Below are positions 27,232 through 41,863 of a stretch of 64,000 nt of DNA, piece by piece. A model generated the notes under the pieces. It did no database searches. It was not told where the DNA came from and was given only the letters and a program-made list of their open reading frames with translations. Position 1 is the first letter of the stretch. Every line of letters begins with the position of its first letter. Location of the stretch: positions 384,001 to 448,000 of the forward strand of contig JASGHJ010000002.1 in assembly GCA_047602405.1 (NCBI GenBank), written 5' to 3'. This DNA comes from Anaeromyxobacteraceae bacterium (lineage in GTDB: Bacteria; Myxococcota; Myxococcia; Myxococcales; Anaeromyxobacteraceae). Made by a program: the position numbers and the translations under genes.

Positions 27232-28878
27232 ATGGAGACGGTGCTCGCACGGAGGGTGCGCGTCGGCGATCTCGTGACCCGGGGCACGGGCCTGTTCCTC
27301 GCGGGCTCGCTCGCGCCGCTCGCCGTGGCGGTCGCCTTCCTCGAGCCCTGGATGCACCGGCCCTGGTCGGTCGGGCCGTACCTCGCGCAGCACCTCGTCG
27401 TCGAGGTGCTGGTCACGCTCGTCGCGGGCTCCACCTTCGCGCTGCAGTGGCAGGCCGGCGAGCGCGCCCGGGACGCCCGGGCGCGGGTGCTCGGCAACGG
27501 CCTCCTCGCGGTCGCGATCCTGGAGGTGGTCCACCTGCTCGCGTTCGCGGGGATGCCGGGCCTGCCCTGGCTCCCGAGCTCCACCGAGCGCGGCATCGTC
27601 TACTGGCTGGCCGCCCGCGTGGCGACCGTCGCCACGCTGCTCGCGGCGTTCGCCGTGCCGCGGGAGAGCCGGTCTCCGGCCTTCCGCAACGGACCGCTCT
27701 CGCTCGTCGCGGTGGGCTCGGTCGTCGCGGTCCTCGTCGCGGACGTCCTGTGGATCGCGCCCGCGCCGCGCTTCTACGTGGAGGGGGTCGGCCTCACCCC
27801 GCTCAAGATCGGGGTGGAGGGAGCCCTCGTCGCGCTCTCGTTCCTCGGCGCCGCCCTGTACGAGCGGCGGTTCCGCGCGGCCGGCGATCGCACCGACCGC
27901 CACGCGGCCGTGGCGCTCTGGCTCACGGCGCTCTCCGAGGTCTGCTTCATGCGCTACGCCCGGGCGCACGACACCTTCAACCTGCTCGGGCACGTCTACC
28001 TCCTCTGCGCGTTCGTCGAGGTCTACCGCGCGCTCTTCGCGAGCGCGGTCCTGCGGCCGTACGAGGCCCTCGCCCGCAGCCACGAGGAGACCGCGGCGCT
28101 GAAGCACCGCATCGAGGCCGAGCTCGAGGTGAGCATCCGCGAGCTCCGCGAGGCGGAGGAGCAGCGCAAGGAGCTCCTGCGCGCCGTCTCGCACGACCTC
28201 AGGACGCCGCTGCAGATCGTCCAGCTCCGCGCGGAGCTGCTCCAGGCGACGGCGCCGGCCGGCTCGCGGGAGCGCCGGGCGGCCGACCAGATCCACGCGG
28301 CGGGCCACCAGATGGACGGCATGATCCGCGACCTCGTCGACGCCGTCCGCCTCGAGCATGAGGCCGCGGGCGCCCAGCGGGTCCGGATCGAGCTCGGCGA
28401 GTTCCTCGCCGACGCGCTCGCCGTCGTCCCGGGCGCGCTCGACGCCGACCGCGTCCGGCTCGAGGTGGCGGGCGGCCTGCCCCCGGTGGACGCCGACCGC
28501 GACCGGCTCGTGCGGGTGGTGCAGAACCTCGTCGGCAACGCGCTCAAGTACGCTCCGGCCGGGTCCCCCGTGCGCGTGCGGGCCCGCCAGGAGGGCGCGG
28601 CGGTGCTCGTGGACGTCGAGGACCGCGGGCCGGGCGTGCCGCCGGAGGACCGGGCGCGGCTCTTCACCCGCTTCTTCCGGGGCCAGCAAGCGGGGCGTTC
28701 GGACGGGCTCGGGCTCGGGCTCTACCTCGTCCGGCGGGCGGTGGAGAGCCTGGGCGGTGAGGTCGGGCACGAGGACGTCCCCGGCGGCGGCGCGAGGTTC
28801 TGGTTCTCGCTGCCGGTGGCGGGGAGCGCGCAGGGGCCGGCTGCGAGCGCGCGGGCCGCGCCGCGTACCGTCTGCTAG
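27232..28878 (+). CDS. membrane sensor histidine kinase (MASE3-like input)
   Basis: Multi-TM N-terminus (HLLAFAGMP, LLGH). SHDLRTPL, NALKY, DRGPG and GLGLGL motifs. Confidence 0.9.
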   Translation: METVLARRVRVGDLVTRGTGLFLAGSLAPLAVAVAFLEPWMHRPWSVGPYLAQHLVVEVLVTLVAGSTFALQWQAGERARDARARVLGNGLLAVAILEVVHLLAFAGMPGLPWLPSSTERGIVYWLAARVATVATLLAAFAVPRESRSPAFRNGPLSLVAVGSVVAVLVADVLWIAPAPRFYVEGVGLTPLKIGVEGALVALSFLGAALYERRFRAAGDRTDRHAAVALWLTALSEVCFMRYARAHDTFNLLGHVYLLCAFVEVYRALFASAVLRPYEALARSHEETAALKHRIEAELEVSIRELREAEEQRKELLRAVSHDLRTPLQIVQLRAELLQATAPAGSRERRAADQIHAAGHQMDGMIRDLVDAVRLEHEAAGAQRVRIELGEFLADALAVVPGALDADRVRLEVAGGLPPVDADRDRLVRVVQNLVGNALKYAPAGSPVRVRARQEGAAVLVDVEDRGPGVPPEDRARLFTRFFRGQQAGRSDGLGLGLYLVRRAVESLGGEVGHEDVPGGGARFWFSLPVAGSAQGPAASARAAPRTVC

Positions 28879-28915
28879 AGTCGGCCCGAATCCTCCTTTC
28901 CTTCCCGAGGACCCG

Positions 28916-31900
28916 ATGACGAAGAAGCCGCCGAAGCGCCCGCAGCCGAAGGCGAGGCGACCGAGCAGGGGTCGTGGACCCTCTCCGAGCAAGCCGGCCG
29001 CCCGCGAGGAAGCAGGCCGCGCGCAGCGCGAGGCGCCCGAGCCGCAGCCCCCCGCTGGCCCGGCCGCCGGTGACGCGCTCCCCGTCGTGGGCATCGGCGC
29101 CTCCGCCGGCGGCCTCGAGGCGCTCGAGGCGTTCCTGCGGCACGTCCCGGAGAGCTCCGGGATTGCCTGGGTCATCGTGCAGCACCTCGATCCGAAGGAC
29201 CGGGGCGCGATGGTCGGGCTCCTGCAACGCGCCACGCCGATGCCCGTCGCCCAGGTGTCCGACCGCATGCCGGTCGAGGCGGATCACGTCTACGTGATCC
29301 CTCCCGGCCGCGACATGGCCATGCTCAATGGCGTGCTGCACCTCGTCCCGCAGCGGTCGCCGAGGGGGCTCAACCTGCCGGTCGACGCCTTCTTCCGCTC
29401 CCTCGCGGCGGAGCGGCAGGAGCGCGCCGTCGCGGTGGTCCTCTCCGGCATGGGGTCCGACGGCACGCTCGGCCTGCGGGCCATCAAGGAGCGCGGCGGG
29501 GCCGCGTTCGTGCAGGCGCTGCACTCGGCGAAGTTCGACGGCATGCCGCGGAGCGCGCTCGACACCGGCCTCGTCGACGTCGTGGGGAGCGCCGAGGAGC
29601 TCCCCGCGCGCATCGTCGCCTACCTGCGGCACCACGTGGCCGAGCCCCAGGGCGACGACCGCGCCCAGGGCGTGCTCGAGAAGATCTTCCTCGTCCTGCG
29701 CACCCAGACCGGCAACGACTTCACCCAGTACAAGCGCTCGACGATCCACCGGCGCATCGAGCGGCGGATGGGGCTCCACCAGGTGGATCGCCTCGGCACC
29801 TACCTGCGGTTCCTCCGCGAGAACCCGAAGGAGGTGGAGCTGCTCTTCAAGGAGCTCCTCATCGGCGTCACGAGCTTCTTCCGGGATCCCTCGAGCTGGG
29901 AGGTCCTCGAGAAGGAGGTCCTGCCGGACCTCGTGGCGGCGCGCGCGGGGGCGGGCACGCTCAGGGCCTGGGTGCCGGGGTGCTCGACGGGCGAGGAGGC
30001 GTACTCCCTCGCCATCTCGCTGAAGGAGGCCATCGCGGCGAAGAAGCTCTCGAGCCACCTCGGCGTGCAGATCTTCGCCACCGACCTCGACGCGGACGCC
30101 ATCGAGAAGGCGCGCCTCGGGACCTACCCCGCGAACATCGCGGCCGACGTGCCCCCCGACCGGCTGCGGCGCTACTTCGTCCAGGACGACCGCGGGTACC
30201 GGGTGAGCAAGGAGGTGCGCGAGTGCGTGGTCTTCGCGCCCCAGAACCTCGCGATGGACCCGCCCTTCACGAAGCTCGACCTCCTGTCCTGCCGGAACCT
30301 CCTCATCTATCTCTCGGCCGAGCTGCAGAAGCGGATCATCCCGCTTTTCCACTACAGCCTGCTCCCGGGCGGCGTGCTCTTCCTCGGCAGCGCCGAGACC
30401 GTCGGCGGCTTCTCCACGCTTTTCCAGCCGCACGACGCGAAGACCCGGATCTACCGGCGCCTCGACGCCGCCCTTGCCACGGTGCCGGTGGAGTTCCCGG
30501 CGATCTTCGCCCCGCCGCTCCCGCCGGAGGGGGACGGCCCGCGCTCGGCGGCGGCGCAGCCGCCGTCCCCGCCGCCCAACCTGCAGGCCATGGCGGAGCG
30601 CCTCATCGTGCAGCGCTTCGCGCCCACCGCGATACTGACGACCGCGAAGGGCGACGTGCTCTACACGAGCGGCCGCACCGGCAAGTACCTCGAGCCGACC
30701 GTCGGCCGCGCGAACCTCAACGTCTTCGCGATGGCGCGCGAGGGGCTGCGCTACGAGCTCTCCGCCGCGTTCGCGACGGCGCTCAAGGAGGACCGGCCGG
30801 TGACGGTGCGCGGCGCCCGGGTCGGGACGAACGGCGGTTCCCAGCACGTCGACGTCACGGTGCAGCGGCTGGCCGAGCCGAAGGAGCTCCGCAACACCGT
30901 CATCGTGGTCATCTCCGACGTCGCGCCGCCCCTCCCGGGCGCCCCGAGCGGCGCCCGGCGGTCCCCGCCCAGCGCACGCGCCGCGGAGCTCGAGCGGGAG
31001 CTGCAGCAGGCCCGCGAGGAGGTGCAGACCACCCGCGAGGAGATGCAGACCTCGCAGGAGGAGCTGAAGTCGATGAACGAGGAGCTCCAGTCCACGAACG
31101 AGGAGCTCCAGTCGACCAACGAGGAGCTGACCACCTCGAAGGAGGAGATGCAGTCGATGAACGAGGAGCTGCAGACCGTGAACCACGAGCTGCAGGCCAA
31201 GGTCGACGAGCTGTCCCGCTCGAACAACGACATGAAGAACCTCCTCAACTCGACCGACATCGCGACGCTCTTCCTCGACGAGGCGCTCCACGTCCGGCGC
31301 TTCACCACCCAGACCTCCCGGATCATCAAGCTCATCCCGGGGGACACCGGGCGGCCCGTCACCGACATCGCGACCGAGCTCGACTACGCCGACCTCGCCG
31401 ACGACGCGCGCGAGGTGCTGCGCAGCCTGGTCTTCAAGGAGAAGCAGGTGCCGGCGCGGAACGGGCGCTGGTTCACGGTGCGGATCCTCCCGTACCGCAC
31501 CCTCGAGAACGTGATCGACGGCGTGGTGATCACCTTCACGGACGTGACCGACACGAAGGTCCTCGAGGAGCGGCTGCGCCAGCAGGCGGCGGAGCTGCGC
31601 CAGATGACCGACGCCCTGCCGTCGTTCGTGTGGGCGAGCAGGCCCGACGGCGCGTGCGAGTACCTGAGCCAGGGCTGGATTCATTACACGGGGGTGTCCG
31701 AGGGCGAGCAGCTCGGCTACGGCTGGCTCGAGCAGGTGCACCCCGAGGACCGGGAGAAATTGCGGGAGGCATGGCGCGGCGCGCTCCGGGAGGGGACGGC
31801 GCTCGACCTCGACGTGCGCATCCGGGGGCGTCGCGGCGACCACCGGTGGTTCAAGACGCGGGCGGTCCCCATCCGCGACGAGCAGGGCACCCTCGTCAAG

Positions 31901-31990
31901 TGGTACGGAACGCACACGGACGTGGACGCCCTGAAGCGCACGTCGGTGGCCGAGATCCCGGGGGCGGGCGAAGGAGGTACGACGGGTTGA
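28916..31990 (+). CDS. CheB/CheR fusion with coiled coil and PAS domains
   Basis: GIGASAGG, QHL, LSGMGSDG, GVTSFFRD, GCSTGEEAYS, SCRNLLIY and NEELQS repeats, plus a C-terminal PAS. Confidence 0.93.
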   Translation: MTKKPPKRPQPKARRPSRGRGPSPSKPAAREEAGRAQREAPEPQPPAGPAAGDALPVVGIGASAGGLEALEAFLRHVPESSGIAWVIVQHLDPKDRGAMVGLLQRATPMPVAQVSDRMPVEADHVYVIPPGRDMAMLNGVLHLVPQRSPRGLNLPVDAFFRSLAAERQERAVAVVLSGMGSDGTLGLRAIKERGGAAFVQALHSAKFDGMPRSALDTGLVDVVGSAEELPARIVAYLRHHVAEPQGDDRAQGVLEKIFLVLRTQTGNDFTQYKRSTIHRRIERRMGLHQVDRLGTYLRFLRENPKEVELLFKELLIGVTSFFRDPSSWEVLEKEVLPDLVAARAGAGTLRAWVPGCSTGEEAYSLAISLKEAIAAKKLSSHLGVQIFATDLDADAIEKARLGTYPANIAADVPPDRLRRYFVQDDRGYRVSKEVRECVVFAPQNLAMDPPFTKLDLLSCRNLLIYLSAELQKRIIPLFHYSLLPGGVLFLGSAETVGGFSTLFQPHDAKTRIYRRLDAALATVPVEFPAIFAPPLPPEGDGPRSAAAQPPSPPPNLQAMAERLIVQRFAPTAILTTAKGDVLYTSGRTGKYLEPTVGRANLNVFAMAREGLRYELSAAFATALKEDRPVTVRGARVGTNGGSQHVDVTVQRLAEPKELRNTVIVVISDVAPPLPGAPSGARRSPPSARAAELERELQQAREEVQTTREEMQTSQEELKSMNEELQSTNEELQSTNEELTTSKEEMQSMNEELQTVNHELQAKVDELSRSNNDMKNLLNSTDIATLFLDEALHVRRFTTQTSRIIKLIPGDTGRPVTDIATELDYADLADDAREVLRSLVFKEKQVPARNGRWFTVRILPYRTLENVIDGVVITFTDVTDTKVLEERLRQQAAELRQMTDALPSFVWASRPDGACEYLSQGWIHYTGVSEGEQLGYGWLEQVHPEDREKLREAWRGALREGTALDLDVRIRGRRGDHRWFKTRAVPIRDEQGTLVKWYGTHTDVDALKRTSVAEIPGAGEGGTTG

Positions 31991-33672
31991 CCGGGAAGCG
32001 CCCGCGGCGTGCGGAGCTTCGTACCCGAGCGGAGGCTCGCCTCGACGCCGGTCCGCCGGCCGCGCCGGCCGTGAACGAGAGCGACACCCTGCGGCTCCTG
32101 CACGAGCTCCAGGTCCACCAGGTGGAGCTCGAGCTGCAGAACGAGGAGCTCCGGGACACCCGCGCCGCGCTCGAGGTGTCGCTCGCGCGTCAGAAGGAGC
32201 TCTTCGACTTCGCGCCGGTGGGGTACTTCGTCCTCGACGGTGCCGGCGCGATCGTGGATCTCAACTTCGCGGGGGCGAGGCTCCTCGGCGCGAACCGCGC
32301 CGACGTCACGGGACGCCCCTTCGCGGAGTTCGTGGTCCCCGAGGGCCGTGAGGCCCTCGGGCGCGTGGTGACCGAGGCCGTCGCCGCCGCCGAGGACGAG
32401 GGCGGCCACAGCGTCGAGCTGGTCCTCCTCGGCGCCCGGCACCGGGTCCCGGTGAAGCTCACCGTGACCTGCAGCGCCGGCAAGCGGACCCAGCTCCTCG
32501 TCGCGGCGGAGGACGTGGAGGAGCGCCAGCACGCCGAGGAGGGGCTCCGGGAGGAGGTGCAGCGCCGGGACGACTTCCTCGCCACGCTCTCCCACGAGCT
32601 CAGGAACCCGCTCGCTCCCATCCGGAACGGCCTGCACCTCCTGCACCTCGCCCCGCCCTCCGGCGAGCGCTCGAGGAAGGCGCTCGAGGTCATGGACCGC
32701 CAGGTCCGGTACCTGACCCGGATCGTGGACGACCTCCTCGACGTGACGCGGATCGCGCGCGGGAAGGTGGTCCTCCAGCTCAAGGTGGAGGATCTCGGCG
32801 AGCTCGTGCGGCGCACGCACGAGGATCACGTGCAGGCCTTCGCGGCGGGCGGCGTGGAGCTCCGCTGCACCGTGCCGCCCGAGCCCTGCTGGGCGCGGGT
32901 GGACGGGACCCGCGTCGTGCAGGTGCTGGGGAACCTCCTCTCGAACGCGCTCAAGTTCACGCGCCGGGGCGGGCGGGTGGAGCTCGAGCTCCGCCGCGAG
33001 GGGGACCTCCAGCTCCTCCGCGTCAGGGATGATGGGGCCGGGATCGCGCCGGGCGTGATCGATCACCTGTTCCACCCCTTCAGCCAGGGGCCGCAGGGGC
33101 TCGCCCGCTCGGCGGGCGGGCTCGGCCTCGGCCTCGCCACGGTGCGCGGGCTCGTGGAGCTGCACCACGGTGAGGTGGGGATCTCGAGCCCGGGCCTCGG
33201 GTGCGGGACGGAGGTCGTCGTGCGGCTCCCGTCCTCGCCGGCGCCGGAGGCCTGGGGCCTCGCCCCGCGGCCGGTCCGGGGCCAGGCACACCGCGTGCTC
33301 GTCATCGACGACAACCTCGACGCGGCGACGACCCTCCGGGAGCTCCTCGAGGCCTCGGGGCACACGGTGTGGGCGGCCTTCGACGCGACGACCGGCCTCG
33401 AGGCCGCGCGGGCCTTCCAGCCCGAGGTGGTGCTGTGCGACATCGGCCTGCCGGACGCCGACGGGTACTCCGTCGCCCGCGCGCTCCGCGCCGACGGCGC
33501 GCTCCGCGGCGCGTTCCTCGTCGCGGTCTCCGGCTACGCCCGGCCGGACGACGTCCGCCGCTCGCTGGAGGCCGGCTTCGATCGCCACCTCGCGAAGCCG
33601 GCCAGCCTGGAGCGGCTCGACGCGGTCATCGCGGAGGCCCCTCGGCCTCCGGAGCCTCATCCGCTGCCTTGA
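31987..33672 (+). CDS. PAS hybrid histidine kinase/response regulator
   Basis: TTGA overlap, HELQVHQVELELQNEEL, SHELRNPL, NALKF and receiver DIGLP motifs. Confidence 0.9.
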   Translation: MTGKRPRRAELRTRAEARLDAGPPAAPAVNESDTLRLLHELQVHQVELELQNEELRDTRAALEVSLARQKELFDFAPVGYFVLDGAGAIVDLNFAGARLLGANRADVTGRPFAEFVVPEGREALGRVVTEAVAAAEDEGGHSVELVLLGARHRVPVKLTVTCSAGKRTQLLVAAEDVEERQHAEEGLREEVQRRDDFLATLSHELRNPLAPIRNGLHLLHLAPPSGERSRKALEVMDRQVRYLTRIVDDLLDVTRIARGKVVLQLKVEDLGELVRRTHEDHVQAFAAGGVELRCTVPPEPCWARVDGTRVVQVLGNLLSNALKFTRRGGRVELELRREGDLQLLRVRDDGAGIAPGVIDHLFHPFSQGPQGLARSAGGLGLGLATVRGLVELHHGEVGISSPGLGCGTEVVVRLPSSPAPEAWGLAPRPVRGQAHRVLVIDDNLDAATTLRELLEASGHTVWAAFDATTGLEAARAFQPEVVLCDIGLPDADGYSVARALRADGALRGAFLVAVSGYARPDDVRRSLEAGFDRHLAKPASLERLDAVIAEAPRPPEPHPLP

Positions 33673-34639
33673 AGCGCTCGACCGGCTCGAGCAGGAGGCG
33701 GCGGAGCAGGTCCGCCTGCCGGAGCTTCGTCCCGCTGGTCTCGGTGGCCCGCCCGTGCAGCTCCGGATCGCCGCCGTGCGCGGCGACCCGCCGGTTCAGC
33801 CGGGCGCTCTCCTCGAGCGCCCGGACGGCGGCCCAGAGCGCCCGCTCGACCTCCTCGTCCTGGGCGCCGAGGAGCGCGTCGAGCGTGAAGGCGTGGCCGA
33901 CGTGGCAGCGGAAGAGCTCGAGGCCACCCTGGCTCGCGACGGTCAGGGCCCCGTGACAGGCGGGGCACACGACGCCGGCCGCGTCGCCGGGGCGCCGCCC
34001 CTCGAGCGCCTCGACGGCGGCGGGGGCGCCCGGTCCGCGCGCCGGGGCGGGCTCCGACGCGAGCCGCTCCAGCAGGCCCGGCAGCTCGAGGGGGTGGACC
34101 ACGTGGTCCACCTCCACGCGACGCAGCACGCTCGACGGCATCTCCGTCGCCGACGCGGTCTCCGGCGCCTGCACGACCGCCACGCCGCCGCGCGCCTTCA
34201 CCGACATCATCCCGGCCGTGCCGCAATCCTGGTGGCCGGAGAGCACGACGCCCACCACGCGCGGGCCATAGGCCCACGAGGCGGTGCGGAACAGCGGATC
34301 CACCGCGGGCCGGTGCCCGTTCTCGCGCGGCCCCCGCACCACCTCGACGGTCCCGGGCCGGACGAGGAGGTGGGCGTCGGGGGGCGCCACGTAGATCTTC
34401 CCGTGCTCGAGCGCGTCCCCGTGGAGCGGGTGGACGGCGGGGAGGCGGCCGCGCGACGAGAGCAGCTCCGGAAGCGCGCTCGCGTGCATGGGAGAGGTGT
34501 GGAGGACCACGAGGACCGCGGCGGGCAGCGAGGGCGGCAGCTCGGGGACGAGGTCGAGGAGCAGCTCCACCCCGCCCGCGGAGGCGCCGATCACGATCAC
34601 GTCGTGGCCGGGGACGTCGGGGTCGGTCCGCTCAGGCAC
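33626..34639 (-). CDS. stand-alone CheB-type methylesterase with C-terminal Cys/His domain
   Basis: IGASAGG, RPAVDPLF and CPACHG..FRCHVGH motifs. Confidence 0.9.
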   Translation of the reverse strand: MPERTDPDVPGHDVIVIGASAGGVELLLDLVPELPPSLPAAVLVVLHTSPMHASALPELLSSRGRLPAVHPLHGDALEHGKIYVAPPDAHLLVRPGTVEVVRGPRENGHRPAVDPLFRTASWAYGPRVVGVVLSGHQDCGTAGMMSVKARGGVAVVQAPETASATEMPSSVLRRVEVDHVVHPLELPGLLERLASEPAPARGPGAPAAVEALEGRRPGDAAGVVCPACHGALTVASQGGLELFRCHVGHAFTLDALLGAQDEEVERALWAAVRALEESARLNRRVAAHGGDPELHGRATETSGTKLRQADLLRRLLLEPVERFKAADEAPEAEGPPR

Positions 34640-35144
34640 GCGCGCCGCCGAGCAGCCGGAACCCGACCTCGGTCGCGGCCCCGTAGACGAGGTGCGAGGC
34701 GAGCGCCTTCGCGTGCGTCGACGCGGGGTACGCCGTCGGTCCCCTCGACAGGCCGAGCGCGGGCACGAGCGCCTCGTCGTTGAGGAGCCACACCGCCGCG
34801 CCGTAGGCGAGGCCCGCGACGACGAGCGGCGCGGGGATGCGCGGCGCGAGGAGCCCGAAGAGCGCGCCGAACGCGGCGCCGGTCGCGTAGTGGACGGCCT
34901 CGCCGGCGGCCCCCTTCCGCGCGTCGGGGATCGCGCGACCCACCGCGCGCGCCGCCTTCTCGGCGGTGCGGACCGTGGCGGGCTCGAGGTCGCCCTGGGC
35001 GCCCCGCTCCCGGGCGAGGGTCTCCTCGCCGCCGAGCCTCATGATCCGCGCCTGGGCCTTCTCCATGATGAAGCTCGCAACGAGCCCGCTCGCGAGCCCC
35101 GCGAGCGCACGCCCGGCCGCGCCACGTCCTCGACGTCGCCGCAT
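34632..35144 (-). CDS. DUF1440-like membrane protein
   Basis: VHYATGA, DEALVPALGL and SHLVYG motifs. Confidence 0.7.
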   Translation of the reverse strand: MRRRRGRGAAGRALAGLASGLVASFIMEKAQARIMRLGGEETLARERGAQGDLEPATVRTAEKAARAVGRAIPDARKGAAGEAVHYATGAAFGALFGLLAPRIPAPLVVAGLAYGAAVWLLNDEALVPALGLSRGPTAYPASTHAKALASHLVYGAATEVGFRLLGGARA

Positions 35145-35175
35145 GGGAGCAACCTGGCCACCGGGCCCCGGCGTG

Positions 35176-36124
35176 TCAGCGGCCGGCGCGACCCCGCCCG
35201 GACAGCACCTCCCGCGCCGCGTCGGCGAACGCCGCGGCGGCGCGGGGGAGCGGGCCGCCGGAGGGCGTCACGAGCCCGACGCTCCGCTCGAACGAGAGCC
35301 CGGCGAGCGCGACGGCCGCGAGCGTGCCCGCCGCCACCTCGCGCTCGACCGAGAGCGCCGGGACGATCGACACGCCGAGCCCGAGCTCCACGAGCCGTTT
35401 CAGCACCTCGACGCTGCTCATCTCCATCGCGACCTCCGGCGTGAGGCCGAGGCGCGCGAGGTCGGCGTCGAGGAGCGCCCGGGCGCCGGTGGAGCGGTCG
35501 AGCAGGAGGAGCGGGTGGCGGGCCACGGCCGCGAGGTCCGCCCTTCGACGCCGCGCGAGCGGGTGGCCCGGCGGGCAGATGGCGACCTCCGGCTGCGGCC
35601 GGAGCGGCTCGATCGTCACGCGCTCGAGGAGCGGGCGCCCGGCTGCGCGGAGGTCGGAGGGGAGCGGCAGGGTGACGACGCCCACGTCGACGCCGCGCTC
35701 GGCGACCCGCTCCGCGGTGGCGGGGGAGGGCCGGTTGTCGAGGCGCAGCTCCACCCGCGGGTGCCGCGCGCGGAACGCGGCGATCACCGGCGGGAGCACG
35801 TAGTACGCGAGCGTGTCGCTCGTCCCCACGGTGAGCCAGCCCTCCTCGAGCTCACCCGCGCCGGTGAGGCTCGCCCGGGCCCGGGCCATCTCGTCGAGCA
35901 CGCGCTCGGCGCGCTCGAGCAGCGTCCGCCCGGCGGCGGTGAGCTCGGTCGTGCGCCCGCGGCGGACGAAGAGCGCCGCGCCGAGAATCCGCCTCGAGGC
36001 GGGCGACCGCCTGGCTGACCGCCGACTGGGTGCGCCCGAGCCGGCGGGCGGCGCGCGAGAAGCCGCGCTCCCTGGCGACGGCCACGAAGGCGAGCAGCTG
36101 GGCGCTGTCGAGGGGGTTGAGCAT
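35176..36124 (-). CDS. LysR family regulator, frameshift at ~35986
   Basis: HTH region FSRAARRLGRTQSAVSQ. Removing one base gives LEADLGAALFVR, continuing into the substrate-binding domain. Confidence 0.88.
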
Positions 36125-36144
36125 TAGCGGACATGATACCGCAT

Positions 36145-36165
36145 ATGCAAAAGATGCGTTTGCAT
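36145..36165. promoter_or_regulatory. inverted repeat ATGCAAA-N7-TTTGCAT, putative LysR-binding site
   Basis: AT-rich dyad between divergent lysR and purL. Confidence 0.6.
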
Positions 36166-36196
36166 GATGGATGTCCGCGCGGCAGGATCCCGCGCC

Positions 36197-40144
<3,948 letters not shown>

Positions 40145-40153
40145 GCGCCGGCG

Positions 40154-40684
40154 CTACCCGCGCAAGAGCGCGAGGAGCCGGGTGGTCGTGTTCCAGTTCC
40201 GGATGGTGACGCTCGGGTAGATCGGCGTCTGGACGATTCGCACGAGCTGGCTACTCGCCGCGAGCTTCGCGACCCGCGAGAAGTAGAGCACCCCGGGCCC
40301 GGCGTGGACCTCGTCCACCCCCTCGCGCACCTTGACGTGGCGGAGCGCGGTCCGCGCGTCGAGCGGGGCCTTCAGGAACACCACGTCGCAGCGGTGCGTC
40401 GCGGCGCCGAAGCCGCGGGGCGCCGCGGCGACCACGCGCTCGAGCTCGGCCCGGCTCCGGACCACCACGCTCGCCGCGTACCCGAAGGCCTCCGAGAGGG
40501 CCCGCTCGATGCCCGGGGCGAGCGCGCGCCCGCTCCCGGTCGCGTCGAAGAGCACGTTGCCGCTCTGGATGAACGTCTCGACGCGCCCGAACCCCTGGGC
40601 CTCGAAGCAGGCCTTCAGGGCGGTCATCCGGATGAGGTTCCGCCCGCCCACGTTGATGCCGCGCAGGAGCGCCACGAAGCGCAT
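40154..40684 (-). CDS. DUF1697 domain protein
   Basis: ALLRGINVGG, TFIQSGN and TIRNWNT motifs. Confidence 0.92.
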   Translation of the reverse strand: MRFVALLRGINVGGRNLIRMTALKACFEAQGFGRVETFIQSGNVLFDATGSGRALAPGIERALSEAFGYAASVVVRSRAELERVVAAAPRGFGAATHRCDVVFLKAPLDARTALRHVKVREGVDEVHAGPGVLYFSRVAKLAASSQLVRIVQTPIYPSVTIRNWNTTTRLLALLRG

Positions 40685-40692
40685 CGGTGACC

Positions 40693-41817
40693 TCAGGCGA
40701 ACGCCCGGCGCATCCGCGCGATCGCCTCGTCGAGGAGCGCGCGGGTGCAGCCGAAGTTGAGCCGCACGAAGCCGTCGAAGGCGCCCGGCGGGCCGAAGTC
40801 CTTCCCGGCCGAGAGCCCCACGCCCGCCTCGACGAGGTGGCGGTGCGGATCGGCGATCCCCGTCCCGCGCGCGTCGATCCAGGCGAGGTAGGTCGCCTCG
40901 ACGGGCGTCGTCGCGAGCGCGGGCGTCTCCCGCACGAACGCGTCGAGGCGGTCGCGGTTGCCCCTGAGGTGCTCGAGGAGCGCCGCGCGCCAGGGCCCGC
41001 CGTGCCGGTAGGCGGCCTCGCACGCGACGAGGCCGAGCACGTTCACGTAGGGCACGATCCCGTTCATCGCCTGCTTGAACCGCTTGCGCAGCCCGGTGTC
41101 CGGGATCACCGCGAAGGCGCAGCCGAGCCCGGGGACGTTGAAGGTCTTCGAGGGCGCCATGAGCGTGATGCTCCGCCGCGCCGCCTCGGGAGAGAGGGTG
41201 GCGTAGGGGACGTGCCGGCGGCCGGGCTCGAGGACGAGGCCGCAGTGGATCTCGTCGGAGCAGACGACGAGCCCGCGCCGCTCGACGAGCGCGTCGATGG
41301 CGCGGAGCTCGTCCTCGTCCCAGGCCCGCCCCACCGGGTTGTGCGGGTGGCAGAGGAGGAAGAGGCGGGTGTCCGGCGCGAGCGCCGCCTCCACCGCGGG
41401 GAGCTCCCACTCCCAGCGCGCCGGCCCGCGGCGGAGCGGCGCGGTCGCGAGGCGCGCGGGCGCGGAGAGGAAGGGCGGGTAGATCGGCGTCGCGGTGAAC
41501 GCGCCACCCTCCACGGCCCGGCACGCGACGTTGAGGCCGGAGACGAGCCCCGGGAGCCAGACCAGCCAGGTCGGGTCGACGGTCCACCGGTACTCCGTCG
41601 AGAGGTGCTCGAGCACCGCCTCCACGAGCGACGGCCAGGGCTGCGCGTAGCCGAGGACCCCCTGGGCGACCCGGCGCGCGATCGCCTCCCGGATCTCCGG
41701 GGCCACCGCGAGGTCCATGTCGGCGACCCACATCGGGAGCACGTCGCGGCCCGCCCAGCGGTTCCACTTCACGGAGTCGATGGCCGGCGCCGGGGCGGCC
41801 TCGAAGTCGAAGGGCAT
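40693..41817 (-). CDS. PatB/MalY family PLP-dependent C-S lyase
   Basis: PMWVADMD, CHPHNPVG, SDEIH, APSKTFN and RLNFGC motifs. Confidence 0.93.
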   Translation of the reverse strand: MPFDFEAAPAPAIDSVKWNRWAGRDVLPMWVADMDLAVAPEIREAIARRVAQGVLGYAQPWPSLVEAVLEHLSTEYRWTVDPTWLVWLPGLVSGLNVACRAVEGGAFTATPIYPPFLSAPARLATAPLRRGPARWEWELPAVEAALAPDTRLFLLCHPHNPVGRAWDEDELRAIDALVERRGLVVCSDEIHCGLVLEPGRRHVPYATLSPEAARRSITLMAPSKTFNVPGLGCAFAVIPDTGLRKRFKQAMNGIVPYVNVLGLVACEAAYRHGGPWRAALLEHLRGNRDRLDAFVRETPALATTPVEATYLAWIDARGTGIADPHRHLVEAGVGLSAGKDFGPPGAFDGFVRLNFGCTRALLDEAIARMRRAFA

Positions 41818-41863
41818 GTCGGAGGGAGGCGTAGCACGGGTATGCTCCGGGCGGGAGGCACCC

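Noticed and set aside
31060..31200. Tandem AACGAGGAGCT repeats
   Set aside because: They are coding NEELQS heptads of the CheB/CheR fusion, not a CRISPR array.
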